Positions 24,752 through 32,143 of a stretch of 32,213 bases of DNA are shown in pieces. Both the position numbers and the translations under genes were made by a program. Within the stretch, counting starts at the first letter, position 1. Every line of letters starts with the position of its first letter. The stretch lies in IMG/VR virus record IMGVR_UViG_3300011403_000027, positions 1 through 32,213 of that record; one strand, given 5' to 3'. The notes beneath the pieces are model-generated. The model searched no databases. It was not told the origin of the DNA and saw only the letters and a list, made by a program, of their open reading frames with translations. The stretch is from a virus. Lineage: Duplodnaviria > Caudoviricetes.

Positions 24752-25510
24752 TCATGCGTGTCGTCGGACCGGGGCCGCACCCCGCAGCCGGGCCGGCAGC
24801 GCCGCCCGGATACGCTCCCGCTCGGCGTCCGACCGCTGCGCCTCCTCGGCGCTCCACTGCGGCAGCGCCGCCTCCGGGTTCGGGTTGCGCTGGTACGCCG
24901 CCGGCGGCGTCCAGGTGTTCCCGACCTGGACGCCCCGGCCCGAGAAGCCGGGGAGCTGGATCGGCCCCGCCGCCGTCGCCAGGTCGGCCAGCCGGCGCGC
25001 CTCGGCCCGCTTGCAACTGTTCCGGTGGAAGCCGAGGCTGTTCACCCGCTTCCGGTTCTCGGGCCGGTCGAGCCAGTCGAGGCCGTCGGCGATCTCCTCC
25101 TCGACGTCGAGCTGCGGGAAGTCCCGGATGAGCTTCTCGAGCCGCGCCTGATCGTGCTTGTAGCCGCGGCCGAACGCCTGCAAGACCGCAGCGAGTCGCC
25201 TCGCCGCCGCCGCTGCAATTTCCGGCGGCGGCGGCGGCTCTCCCGTAGGGAGAGCCGGGAGAGGGGGTGCAGGGGGAGAGGGGTTCGCGTTACCGGCGTC
25301 CGCCTTCTCTGGTGGGGGTGTAACGCGCACGGCCGTTTCGGTAACGCGCACAGCGCCGTGCGTAACGCGCACAGGTAACGCGCACGCCGCCGCCTGAACG
25401 AGCTCCTTGTCCCGCGCCCGCTTGCGCCGCTGGCGCTCGGCGCCGTTGACCCGCCCCCGCTCGAGCCGCGCGAGCAGGGCCTCCGGCGTCCAGTCCCGGC
25501 GCGCCGGCAT
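24752..25510 (-). CDS. Replication initiator / replisome-organiser-like protein
   Basis: AERQRRKRAR linker, VRVT repeats encoded by iteron-like DNA, C-terminal FPQLDVEEEI...WL domain. Confidence 0.65.
   Translation of the reverse strand: MPARRDWTPEALLARLERGRVNGAERQRRKRARDKELVQAAACALPVRVTHGAVRVTETAVRVTPPPEKADAGNANPSPPAPPLPALPTGEPPPPPEIAAAAARRLAAVLQAFGRGYKHDQARLEKLIRDFPQLDVEEEIADGLDWLDRPENRKRVNSLGFHRNSCKRAEARRLADLATAAGPIQLPGFSGRGVQVGNTWTPPAAYQRNPNPEAALPQWSAEEAQRSDAERERIRAALPARLRGAAPVRRHA
25286..25385. repeat. Iteron-like repeats, candidate replication origin
   Basis: GTAACGCGCAC at 25320, 25341, 25362 and 25375; inverted partial copy CGCGTTAC at 25286-25293. Confidence 0.8.
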
Positions 25511-26094
25511 CAGCCGGTCACCTCGGCCGCCGTGGCGACCTCGCGGATGGAGTCGGCGACCCACGGGACGGGCAGCTTCCCCCGGCCGACGAGGCGCCAG
25601 TGGGCGTCCGCCAGGTTCAGGTTCCCGCCGTACCCGTCGTCCTCCCCCGGGATGCCGGCGGCGTAGAAGGCGTCCAGCTCCGTCGCCAGCGTCTGGTCGT
25701 GCTCCGGGTCGTAGAGGTAGACGGTGCGGAGGCCCCGGCGCGCCGCCCAGGCCAGCACCCGGGCGTTGAGGCCCCAGGCCCCGATGGCGTGGCGCCGGAA
25801 GCGGGGGTAGGCGTAGCAGTGGAGCACCCAGGCCCCCCGGAAGCCGACGCATTTGGCGCACGGCTGATCCTTGCCCTTCGCGTTCCGGACGACGAGGTTG
25901 GTGGCCCGCGCCGGGCTCCCGCTGCGGGGCGGGCGCACCACGGCGATCGGCTGGGGGGTGGCCCGCTCGAACAGGGGTCGGCCCCGGCCCGCTGAGTCCC
26001 GGCGCGCCGGCCGGCCCTCGGCGACCGGCAGCGGGGGCGGCGGGAAGGCGAGCCCCTCGAGGGGGAGGGCGAGCTGCGCGTCGGGGGCGCGCAT
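25510..26094 (-). CDS. Phage hypothetical protein
   Basis: TGATG-coupled at both ends; AWGLNARVL...VYLYDPE...F...G core. Confidence 0.7.
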   Translation of the reverse strand: MRAPDAQLALPLEGLAFPPPPLPVAEGRPARRDSAGRGRPLFERATPQPIAVVRPPRSGSPARATNLVVRNAKGKDQPCAKCVGFRGAWVLHCYAYPRFRRHAIGAWGLNARVLAWAARRGLRTVYLYDPEHDQTLATELDAFYAAGIPGEDDGYGGNLNLADAHWRLVGRGKLPVPWVADSIREVATAAEVTG

Positions 26095-26249
26095 CACCGG
26101 CCCACCTCGCGGTCGCGCGCTTGCTCCCGCTGGCGCTCCGCCTCGAGCCCGTCGGCGTACAGGACGGAGCCGAGCAGCCCGATCGCGATCAGCACCAGGC
26201 AGACGACGGCGCCGGCCAGGATCAGGCCGGCCAGGGTGTCGTCGCTCAT
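26094..26249 (-). CDS. Small single-TM protein (51 aa, not in ORF track)
   Basis: MSDDTLAGLILAGAVVCLVLIAIGLLGSVLY...; coupled at both ends. Confidence 0.65.
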   Translation of the reverse strand: MSDDTLAGLILAGAVVCLVLIAIGLLGSVLYADGLEAERQREQARDREVGR

Positions 26250-26473
26250 GCGGCGCCCCGCGGCGGCCGGCCGGTCACGTCCCGGCGGCGCCAGACGTCG
26301 AGGCCGCCGGCGTGGAGCTGCGCCTCCAGCCCGTCGGCCGTCTGGCCCCCGCAGTAGGCGCAGTCCTGCCGCGCCGCCTGCCGCCGGAAGCGCTCGAGCA
26401 CCTCCGGGTGGCCCTCGGGGTAGCGGACGGACACCTCCGCCCCGCAGCGATAGCGCACCTCCGCCCGCAGCAT
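26246..26473 (-). CDS. Small Cys-containing hypothetical protein
   Basis: YRCG...CAYC; AGGAGG SD before the ATG at 26473. Confidence 0.6.
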   Translation of the reverse strand: MLRAEVRYRCGAEVSVRYPEGHPEVLERFRRQAARQDCAYCGGQTADGLEAQLHAGGLDVWRRRDVTGRPPRGAA

Positions 26474-26528
26474 CACGTCGCCTCCTTGCGGCGCGCGCGG
26501 CGCCGCCCCGTCCGCACGATCGCCGTGC

Positions 26529-26708
26529 TCACGCCGCCGCGGTGCGCTGCCGGCGCCGCCGGAGCCGCCGCGCCCCCTCGAGGAGCAGCCGCGCCAGCTC
26601 GGCCCGCGCGGCGGCCTCGACCTCCCCCTCCCGGCGTCCGCCTGGGCGCTCAACCGGCGCCACCTCAACGGGCGCGGGGTCGTCGCTGAATGGGCGTGCT
26701 ACCGCCAT
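26529..26708 (-). CDS. Hypothetical protein (59 aa, not in ORF track)
   Basis: Strong AGGAGGT SD; MAVARPF...LARLLLEGARRLRRRR. Confidence 0.6.
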   Translation of the reverse strand: MAVARPFSDDPAPVEVAPVERPGGRREGEVEAAARAELARLLLEGARRLRRRRQRTAAA

Positions 26709-26758
26709 CCCCTACCTCCTGGGGTTGTGCTACGAACGGGTGCGCGAGCGGGCCGCGA

Positions 26759-27175
26759 CTACGTGCGGCCGCGCCGGGCCTCGGCCGCCTCGGCGCGGCG
26801 GGCGTCTTCTTGGACGACGGCGTTGATCGTCGGCGTCCACTCCGGGTGCTCGGCCCGCAGGTTCAGGCGGAACAGCGGCGTCAGCTTTCCGCTCCCCTGC
26901 ATGAACCGCGAGACGGTCCAGCGGCTGACGCCGTAGTGCGCGCCGTACTGCTCCTGCGTCATCCCGAGCAGGTTCTGCTCCGCCCGCAGGAGCCCGGCGA
27001 GCGCCGAGCGGCCGGGGCGGTCGGGGAACTCCGGTCTGGGCACGGCGCGCACCCGCTGGCGCTGCACGGCTCGCGTTCCCCCTCCGACTTCCGGCGTGCG
27101 CTGCTCGGCGTAGGGGGCGGACGCCCCCGGTGCGAAGTGCGGGACGCTGGGCGCCCCCGCCAGTGCTGCCGCCAT
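26759..27175 (-). CDS. Cro-like XRE HTH regulator (start uncertain)
   Basis: LGMTQEQYGAHYGVSRWTVSRFMQG; first gene of the leftward early operon, divergent from the repressor-like gene. Confidence 0.75.
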   Translation of the reverse strand: MAAALAGAPSVPHFAPGASAPYAEQRTPEVGGGTRAVQRQRVRAVPRPEFPDRPGRSALAGLLRAEQNLLGMTQEQYGAHYGVSRWTVSRFMQGSGKLTPLFRLNLRAEHPEWTPTINAVVQEDARRAEAAEARRGRT

Positions 27176-27352
27176 CCGTGACCCCCGTCGGTCGCGTCGT
27201 GCCCCGCCCGCGTCCCTCCGCGGCCGGTGCCGGTCCCTCGCGGACGCGCCCTCTGCGCCCGCCCCGCTGCCGGTGTGCCGGTCCCTCCACCCCCCCCCCG
27301 CGGGCCGTCGCTCCGGTGCGAGCACGGCGTCAGCGGCGGGGGCGCTCGGCGG

Positions 27353-27382
27353 AGATTACGGCACGGTTCCGGAGTCGGTCAA
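27353..27382 (-). promoter_or_regulatory. Leftward sigma70-type promoter
   Basis: Minus strand TTGACC-N18-TAATCT. Confidence 0.55.
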
Positions 27383-27418
27383 GGCGTATCCGGCGCGCTA
27401 GCCGTGTCTTGTAGACGG

Positions 27419-27436
27419 TTGTGACGGCGCTCACAA
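27419..27436. promoter_or_regulatory. CRP-family consensus site
   Basis: TTGTGA-CGGCGC-TCACAA, a perfect TGTGA-N6-TCACA. Confidence 0.65.
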
Positions 27437-27535
27437 GCGCGGCTCTCTGGTACGGCACGCCGAACGCGCAAAAGCGGCACGTTAATGGAGCCAGAAGTGC
27501 TACACGCGCGTTGCACGGAATGAGCGATCAGGACG

Positions 27536-28129
27536 ATGGAGCCGAACGGGTGCGACCCGACCGATCCGAGCGAGACGGCCCCCGCGGCGACGCCAGGGCG
27601 GCTCCCGGCGACGCTCTACGAGCGGTGGCGGACGGCGCTCCACATCGACGGGGTCGCCTACGGCAAGCGCGTCCACGCGCTGCGCGAGGCGAAGGGGTGG
27701 ACGCTCAAGGACCTCCACGACCGGACGGGCGTCCCCATCTCCACCCTCTCCGAGCTGGAGAACGGCCTCTCCCACCGCCCGAAGCAGGCGCTGAACATGA
27801 CGCTCGCGCAATGCTTCGGGTATGAGCACCCCGGCGCGCTCCTCGGCCTGGAGGAGACGCCCCACCCGCCGGGGACGCACCCGAACGGGCCGCGGCGGGC
27901 GGTGCCGCCGCCGGAGCCGGTGCCGGGTCTCGCGACCGAGGCGGAGCGGCTCCTCACCGGCCTGCTGCGCGGGCTCTGGACGGCCCAGGACGAGCGGGGC
28001 GACCGCCGCGGGCGCGTCACCCGCCTGGTGACGCTGACGGTCGGCCTCGCCGAGCTGGCCGAGGACCCACCGGCCCCGCCGCCCGCCTCACGCGGGGACG
28101 AGGAGGGCGCTGAGCTGGCGCAAGAGTGA
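27536..28129 (+). CDS. Repressor-like XRE HTH protein
   Basis: YGKRVHALREAKGWTLKDLHDRTGVPISTLSELENG; no S24 peptidase domain evident. Confidence 0.85.
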   Translation: MEPNGCDPTDPSETAPAATPGRLPATLYERWRTALHIDGVAYGKRVHALREAKGWTLKDLHDRTGVPISTLSELENGLSHRPKQALNMTLAQCFGYEHPGALLGLEETPHPPGTHPNGPRRAVPPPEPVPGLATEAERLLTGLLRGLWTAQDERGDRRGRVTRLVTLTVGLAELAEDPPAPPPASRGDEEGAELAQE

Positions 28130-29848
28130 AGCGTCGTAGCGGAAGCGAGCGCCACAGATAGGTGCCGCTACGACGGATGACGCCGCCCGCGCCGGCCACT
28201 CCACCACCAGGGGCGCGATCCGCCCCGCCGCCACCTGCGCCGGCGGGGGCACCCGCACCGTCGCCCCGTTCCCGGGCACCGCCGTCCCGTCCCCGAAGCG
28301 GGGCACGAAGCGGTCGATCCACCAGCGCCGGGCGCCGGCCCGCCCCGCGGCGGCGACGGTCACCTCGCGGAACGCCAGCGCGTAGGCCCGGAGTTGCTGG
28401 TCGGGGTCGAGCGCGTCGAACGCCTCGAGCGGCGCCGCCCGCAGCAGGCGCAGATCGGCGGCCAGCTCGACGTCCGCCTCGCGCTGCGCCCGCTCCCGCG
28501 CGACCGTCTGCTCGAGGCCCGCGATCTCCACCTCCGCCTCCGCGATGATGTCCTCCATCGTCGCGCTGGGGCGCTCGAAGTTGCGCCGGCCGGCCTCCCT
28601 GGCGCGCTCCCGGAGGAACAGCAGCCGGCGCTCGCCGTCGGACGGGGCGTGCTCGCGGTGCTGGCGCTCGAGCTCCGCGGCGACGGCCTGCCCGTCGAGC
28701 AAGACGCGCTCAAGCTCCGTGCGGAGGAGGGCGCCCGCGGCGCGGTCGGTGATCCGCAGGGGCGCGGGGCAGCCCGCGTTGGCGACGCGCCGGCAGCGGT
28801 ACGTCCCGGCGCCGCACCCGATCAGGAAGTCCCCGCACCAGGCGCAGCGCAGGAGGCCGCCGAGCGGGTGGGGGTGGCGCCGCTCGCGGGTGCGGAGCGC
28901 GCGGGGGTTCTCGAACTTCTCGCGCCACGCCATCACTTTGCTCCGGCTCCAGTAGGCGAGATCGGGGCGGTGGTGCTTGAACTGGAGGAAGCCTCCCTTG
29001 CCGTCGCTGGCGAACTTCCGCCAGACGGCGCTCCGCTTCGGGCCGAGGCCCTCCCCGAACGACCACTCCCCGTAGTAGATCGGGCGGTAGAGGATGCCCC
29101 GGATGGTCTGCTTCGTCCAGGCGGTGGAGACGTGCGCCTCGCCCTTCGGCCGCTTCGCGTTGCCGGGGCCGTTGCCCCGGAAGGGCGGCCGCCGGACGCC
29201 GTCGCGGGTGAGGCGGGCGATGATCTGGCCGTACGATGCGCACTCGTCGTAGGCGCGCTCCAGCGCCGCGATGATCCCGGCGTGGTCGGGGTGCTTCCGG
29301 GGGAGCTTGTCGAACTTGTCGACGCGCTCGGTCGGAACGCGCTCGGTGTAGTAGCCGATCGGCGGACGCTGGAACATGACGCCCTTGCCGACCGTGCGGA
29401 AGACGCCATCCCAGAAGGTGTTGCGGGTCGAGCGCCAGTCGATCCCGGCGATCAGGCACTCGACCTGGAACTGGAGCAGGTCGCCGTCGATCGTCAGGTC
29501 GTAGTACCGCTCCGACGTCGCGAAGAGGCCCCCGGCGTCGACGATGCGCTTCGCGATCGTGGCGCCGTCGATCCCGAACTCGTCGCGGGTTAACCGCTTG
29601 ACGTCGTAGGCGGCGACCCCCTTCAGCTCGCCCCGGTCGAGGAGGTCGAGCATCTGCGTCGATACCTTCCGGAGCGCCAGGTGGGCGCCGGACGTGCCCT
29701 GCTCGTCGAACAGGCGCACCGTGTGCCCCTCGGCCCGCAGTTTGTCGGCCAGCGCGATCTGCGAGATCGAGCGGGCGTTGCCGATCTGGCGGTCGGTGGA
29801 GTTGCGGATCAGCAAGCCGATCGGCCGCGGGTCGCCGTCAGCGACCAT
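28088..29848 (-). CDS. int: Large serine recombinase (integrase)
   Basis: Catalytic IRNST, DVKRLTR, recombinase domain (PIGY...W...TIRGIL.RPIYYG), Zn ribbon CAWC...YRC...C, coiled coil. Confidence 0.93.
   Translation of the reverse strand: MVADGDPRPIGLLIRNSTDRQIGNARSISQIALADKLRAEGHTVRLFDEQGTSGAHLALRKVSTQMLDLLDRGELKGVAAYDVKRLTRDEFGIDGATIAKRIVDAGGLFATSERYYDLTIDGDLLQFQVECLIAGIDWRSTRNTFWDGVFRTVGKGVMFQRPPIGYYTERVPTERVDKFDKLPRKHPDHAGIIAALERAYDECASYGQIIARLTRDGVRRPPFRGNGPGNAKRPKGEAHVSTAWTKQTIRGILYRPIYYGEWSFGEGLGPKRSAVWRKFASDGKGGFLQFKHHRPDLAYWSRSKVMAWREKFENPRALRTRERRHPHPLGGLLRCAWCGDFLIGCGAGTYRCRRVANAGCPAPLRITDRAAGALLRTELERVLLDGQAVAAELERQHREHAPSDGERRLLFLRERAREAGRRNFERPSATMEDIIAEAEVEIAGLEQTVARERAQREADVELAADLRLLRAAPLEAFDALDPDQQLRAYALAFREVTVAAAGRAGARRWWIDRFVPRFGDGTAVPGNGATVRVPPPAQVAAGRIAPLVVEWPARAASSVVAAPICGARFRYDASLLRQLSALLVPA
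28132..28175. other. Candidate attP site
   Basis: Perfect 11-bp inverted repeat CGTCGTAGCGG-N22-CCGCTACGACG at the integrase 3' end; central dinucleotide at 28153-28154. Confidence 0.5.
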
Positions 29849-30161
29849 CGGTGTCGTCGTCGAACCCAGGCAGGGGGCGCCGCGACCCGATGCCGGCCTC
29901 GCCCTCCGCGGCGCCCCGCGGCGGTTGGTGCCTGACCCAGTACTTCGCGCTCTCCCAGCAGTCGGCCCACTCGCCGCACTGGTAGATCTCCCCGCGCTGG
30001 TTCAGGGCCACCCACTGGCCGCGCCAGAAGTGCGCCCCGCGGTACAACCGGCTCCGGCCGGACAACTGCACCAGCGTCCAATCAGCCCTCCGGGTGAGGG
30101 ACGGAGGCGCGCCAGCGTCGTCGGCGGCGTCCACGGGGGGCGGGGGCAGTTCACCGGCCAT
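29838..30161 (-). CDS. Hypothetical Trp-rich protein
   Basis: 11-nt overlaps with both neighbours. Confidence 0.6.
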   Translation of the reverse strand: MAGELPPPPVDAADDAGAPPSLTRRADWTLVQLSGRSRLYRGAHFWRGQWVALNQRGEIYQCGEWADCWESAKYWVRHQPPRGAAEGEAGIGSRRPLPGFDDDTDGR

Positions 30162-30540
30162 CGGTATCCTCCGTCTTTTGCTCCTGGCGGCGGCTGACCG
30201 CTGCGGCCTCGCGAAGCCCCGCCGTCACCAGGAAGTTACTCAGGGAGCGGTTTACGGCTGCTGCCGCGCGCCGGATAACCGCTTCGTGCTCCGGCGGTAT
30301 CCGGAGCGTCGTCGTTACGGACGCCGCGCGCGGTGACGGCGTTCGCGTATGGCGGCGCCGGTGGCAGCCGTCGCAGATCGCGACGACTGACAGCCAGTGC
30401 TCCGGCGCATAGCCGAGGTGATGGTGATAGACCGTGCCGAGGCGCTCGCAGTCGACGCACGGGAGCGTACTCGGGGCGGAAAGCCGTCCCGCGAGGATCG
30501 CGCCCCGAACCGCTGCGTGGGCGCGGGGATCAGCGGCCAT
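30151..30540 (-). CDS. HNH-like Zn domain fused to a ribbon-helix-helix (DUF1778/TacA-like) domain
   Basis: CVDC...HHHLGY...CDGCH followed by TTTLRIPPEHEAVIRRAAAAVNRSLSNFL. Confidence 0.65.
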   Translation of the reverse strand: MAADPRAHAAVRGAILAGRLSAPSTLPCVDCERLGTVYHHHLGYAPEHWLSVVAICDGCHRRRHTRTPSPRAASVTTTLRIPPEHEAVIRRAAAAVNRSLSNFLVTAGLREAAAVSRRQEQKTEDTDGR

Positions 30541-30739
30541 CGCCGGCCTGGAGCCGCTGCGCGACGGCCGCCAGCATCCACTCCCGGAACGTCTGGTCGC
30601 GCAGCGCCGCGTCCGCCTTCGCCCGGCGGATGAGCTGCTCCTCTTCGGGGTAGACCTCGACGCTCATCCGGAGCGGTGGGACGTCGCGGGGGCCGCGTCG
30701 CTTCCTCGGCATCTCCGGGACTCTACACAAATCTGCCAT
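30530..30739 (-). CDS. Small ribbon-helix-helix-like regulator
   Basis: RMSVEV...LIRRAKADAALRDQTFREWMLAAV. Confidence 0.7.
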   Translation of the reverse strand: MADLCRVPEMPRKRRGPRDVPPLRMSVEVYPEEEQLIRRAKADAALRDQTFREWMLAAVAQRLQAGDGR

Positions 30740-30762
30740 GTTCGTCGCGTTCTCCTGCCCTC

Positions 30763-30797
30763 AGTATACTACACAAGTGTCGAAAGTGTGATATACT
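30763..30797. promoter_or_regulatory. Divergent back-to-back promoters in one dyad
   Basis: AGTATA-CT-ACAC-N11-GTGT-GA-TATACT gives a TATACT -10 on each strand. The + copy has a TGn extension and lies 6 nt before ATG 30804. Confidence 0.75.
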
Positions 30798-30803
30798 AGA
30801 AGC

Positions 30804-30962
30804 ATGAACACGAGCGAGCGGACGGAGCCGGGCGCGGGGGTCGCGTGCCGGCTGACCATCGGGGGCCAGGTGATCGAGTTCACGCTCGCGGGGCCGCTGG
30901 TGGCGATGGCCCCGGCGGGTGAGAAGCTGGCGAAGAAGACCAGCAAGCGGGGGAGCAAGTGA
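30804..30962 (+). CDS. Hypothetical protein (52 aa, probably leaderless; not in ORF track)
   Basis: MNTSERTEPG...KRGSK*; TGATG-coupled to the next gene. Confidence 0.65.
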   Translation: MNTSERTEPGAGVACRLTIGGQVIEFTLAGPLVAMAPAGEKLAKKTSKRGSK

Positions 30963-31264
30963 TGACCGGGACGGACGCGCGGGAGTTGGGCGCGGTGAAG
31001 AAGGCGCAGCGCCTGGGCCTCGCGGCTCGGGTGCGGCGCGTGCGGCTGGGGGTGTACCTCGTCCCGTCGACGAGCGACCTCCCCCTGACCTACTCGGTGA
31101 CCGGGATCGGCCCCCGGCTGGCGGACTACCGCTGCGTCTGCCCGGCGGCGTCCTACGGCAACGTCTGCGCCCACGTCGCGGCCGTCGCCCTGCGGCGGGT
31201 GCAGGAGCAGGCCCTGAGTGATCGGCGGAAGCAGCTCGCGCGGCGAGCGGAGAAGGTGGCGTAA
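30962..31264 (+). CDS. SWIM zinc-finger protein
   Basis: YLVPS...YSV...CVC-x8-CAH (CxC...CxH). Confidence 0.85.
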   Translation: MTGTDARELGAVKKAQRLGLAARVRRVRLGVYLVPSTSDLPLTYSVTGIGPRLADYRCVCPAASYGNVCAHVAAVALRRVQEQALSDRRKQLARRAEKVA

Positions 31265-31479
31265 TGGAGACGGTGAAGCACTTCGAGGGGCTGCTCGCGG
31301 ACGAGCAGCAGAACGCCGCGGCGCTGGCGCGGTGCGTCCGCGAGCACGCGGAGGCGTGGCGCGAGCAGCCCGACGCGCTCCGGACGGCGGCGCAGAGCTA
31401 CGGTCGGGCGGTCGGGCGGGTCGCCGAGCTCGAGGCGATCGTCGGCGGGCTCCGCCGGCGCGCGCAGGAGGTGGCGTGA
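31264..31479 (+). CDS. Hypothetical coiled-coil protein
   Basis: Coupled at both ends (TAATG, TGATG). Confidence 0.7.
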   Translation: METVKHFEGLLADEQQNAAALARCVREHAEAWREQPDALRTAAQSYGRAVGRVAELEAIVGGLRRRAQEVA

Positions 31480-32141
31480 TGGCGGCCGAGGCGGTGGACG
31501 TCGACTACGGGCGCATCCGGCGCTGGGTAATCAAGCGGGAGGGCAAGGACTACGTCCAGTACGCCGGCCTCCTCGATTTGCTGCACCAGGAGAGCAAGGG
31601 CGACTTCGCGATCGCCACCCGGCTCGAGCAGGCGCCGACGGAGGCGAACGGCGGGCTCGCCGTCGTCTCCGCGACGGTGACGATGGGCGAGCGCACCGCG
31701 TCCGGTCTCGGCGACGCCTCGGAGGCGAGCGTTAACCGGATGATGGCACCGCACCTGATCCGGCTGGCGGAGACGCGGGCGAAGGGGCGCGCCTTGCGGG
31801 ATCTCTTGAATATCGGCCTCGTGACCGTCGACGAGCTGGGGCCGGGCGCCGCCGACGAGGCCCCGGCGCGGTCGGGCTCCGGCGCGGCGCCGCGGCGGGT
31901 TGCGCCGCCGGCCCGGGCGACGGAGGATACGATCGACATCAACGGGACGACCTACACCCGCGACGAGGTGCTCGCGGTCATGGCCGGCCGGATGAAGCTG
32001 CTCGCGGAGCAGGGGCGGCCGGTGCCCCCCGTGGGAGAGCCCGGCGGCCCGCCCCCGACCACGGCGCCGCTGCCGGAGCTGGTGAAGTACAGCGCCGACC
32101 TCCGGCGCCAGGCCGAGCCCCGCGCGGTCGCCGGGAAGTAG
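31479..32141 (+). CDS. Putative single-strand annealing protein (Rad52/Sak/Red-beta-like)
   Basis: GKDYV.YAGLL...GDAS...AETRAKGRALR...IG...DEL core followed by a low-complexity linker; SD AGGAGGT. Confidence 0.65.
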   Translation: MAAEAVDVDYGRIRRWVIKREGKDYVQYAGLLDLLHQESKGDFAIATRLEQAPTEANGGLAVVSATVTMGERTASGLGDASEASVNRMMAPHLIRLAETRAKGRALRDLLNIGLVTVDELGPGAADEAPARSGSGAAPRRVAPPARATEDTIDINGTTYTRDEVLAVMAGRMKLLAEQGRPVPPVGEPGGPPPTTAPLPELVKYSADLRRQAEPRAVAGK

Positions 32142-32143
32142 CC

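Noticed and set aside
28132-28175. Serine-integrase att site as the source of the cassette junction elements
   Set aside because: No visible similarity between the candidate attP and the 45-bp consensus, so no link is claimed.
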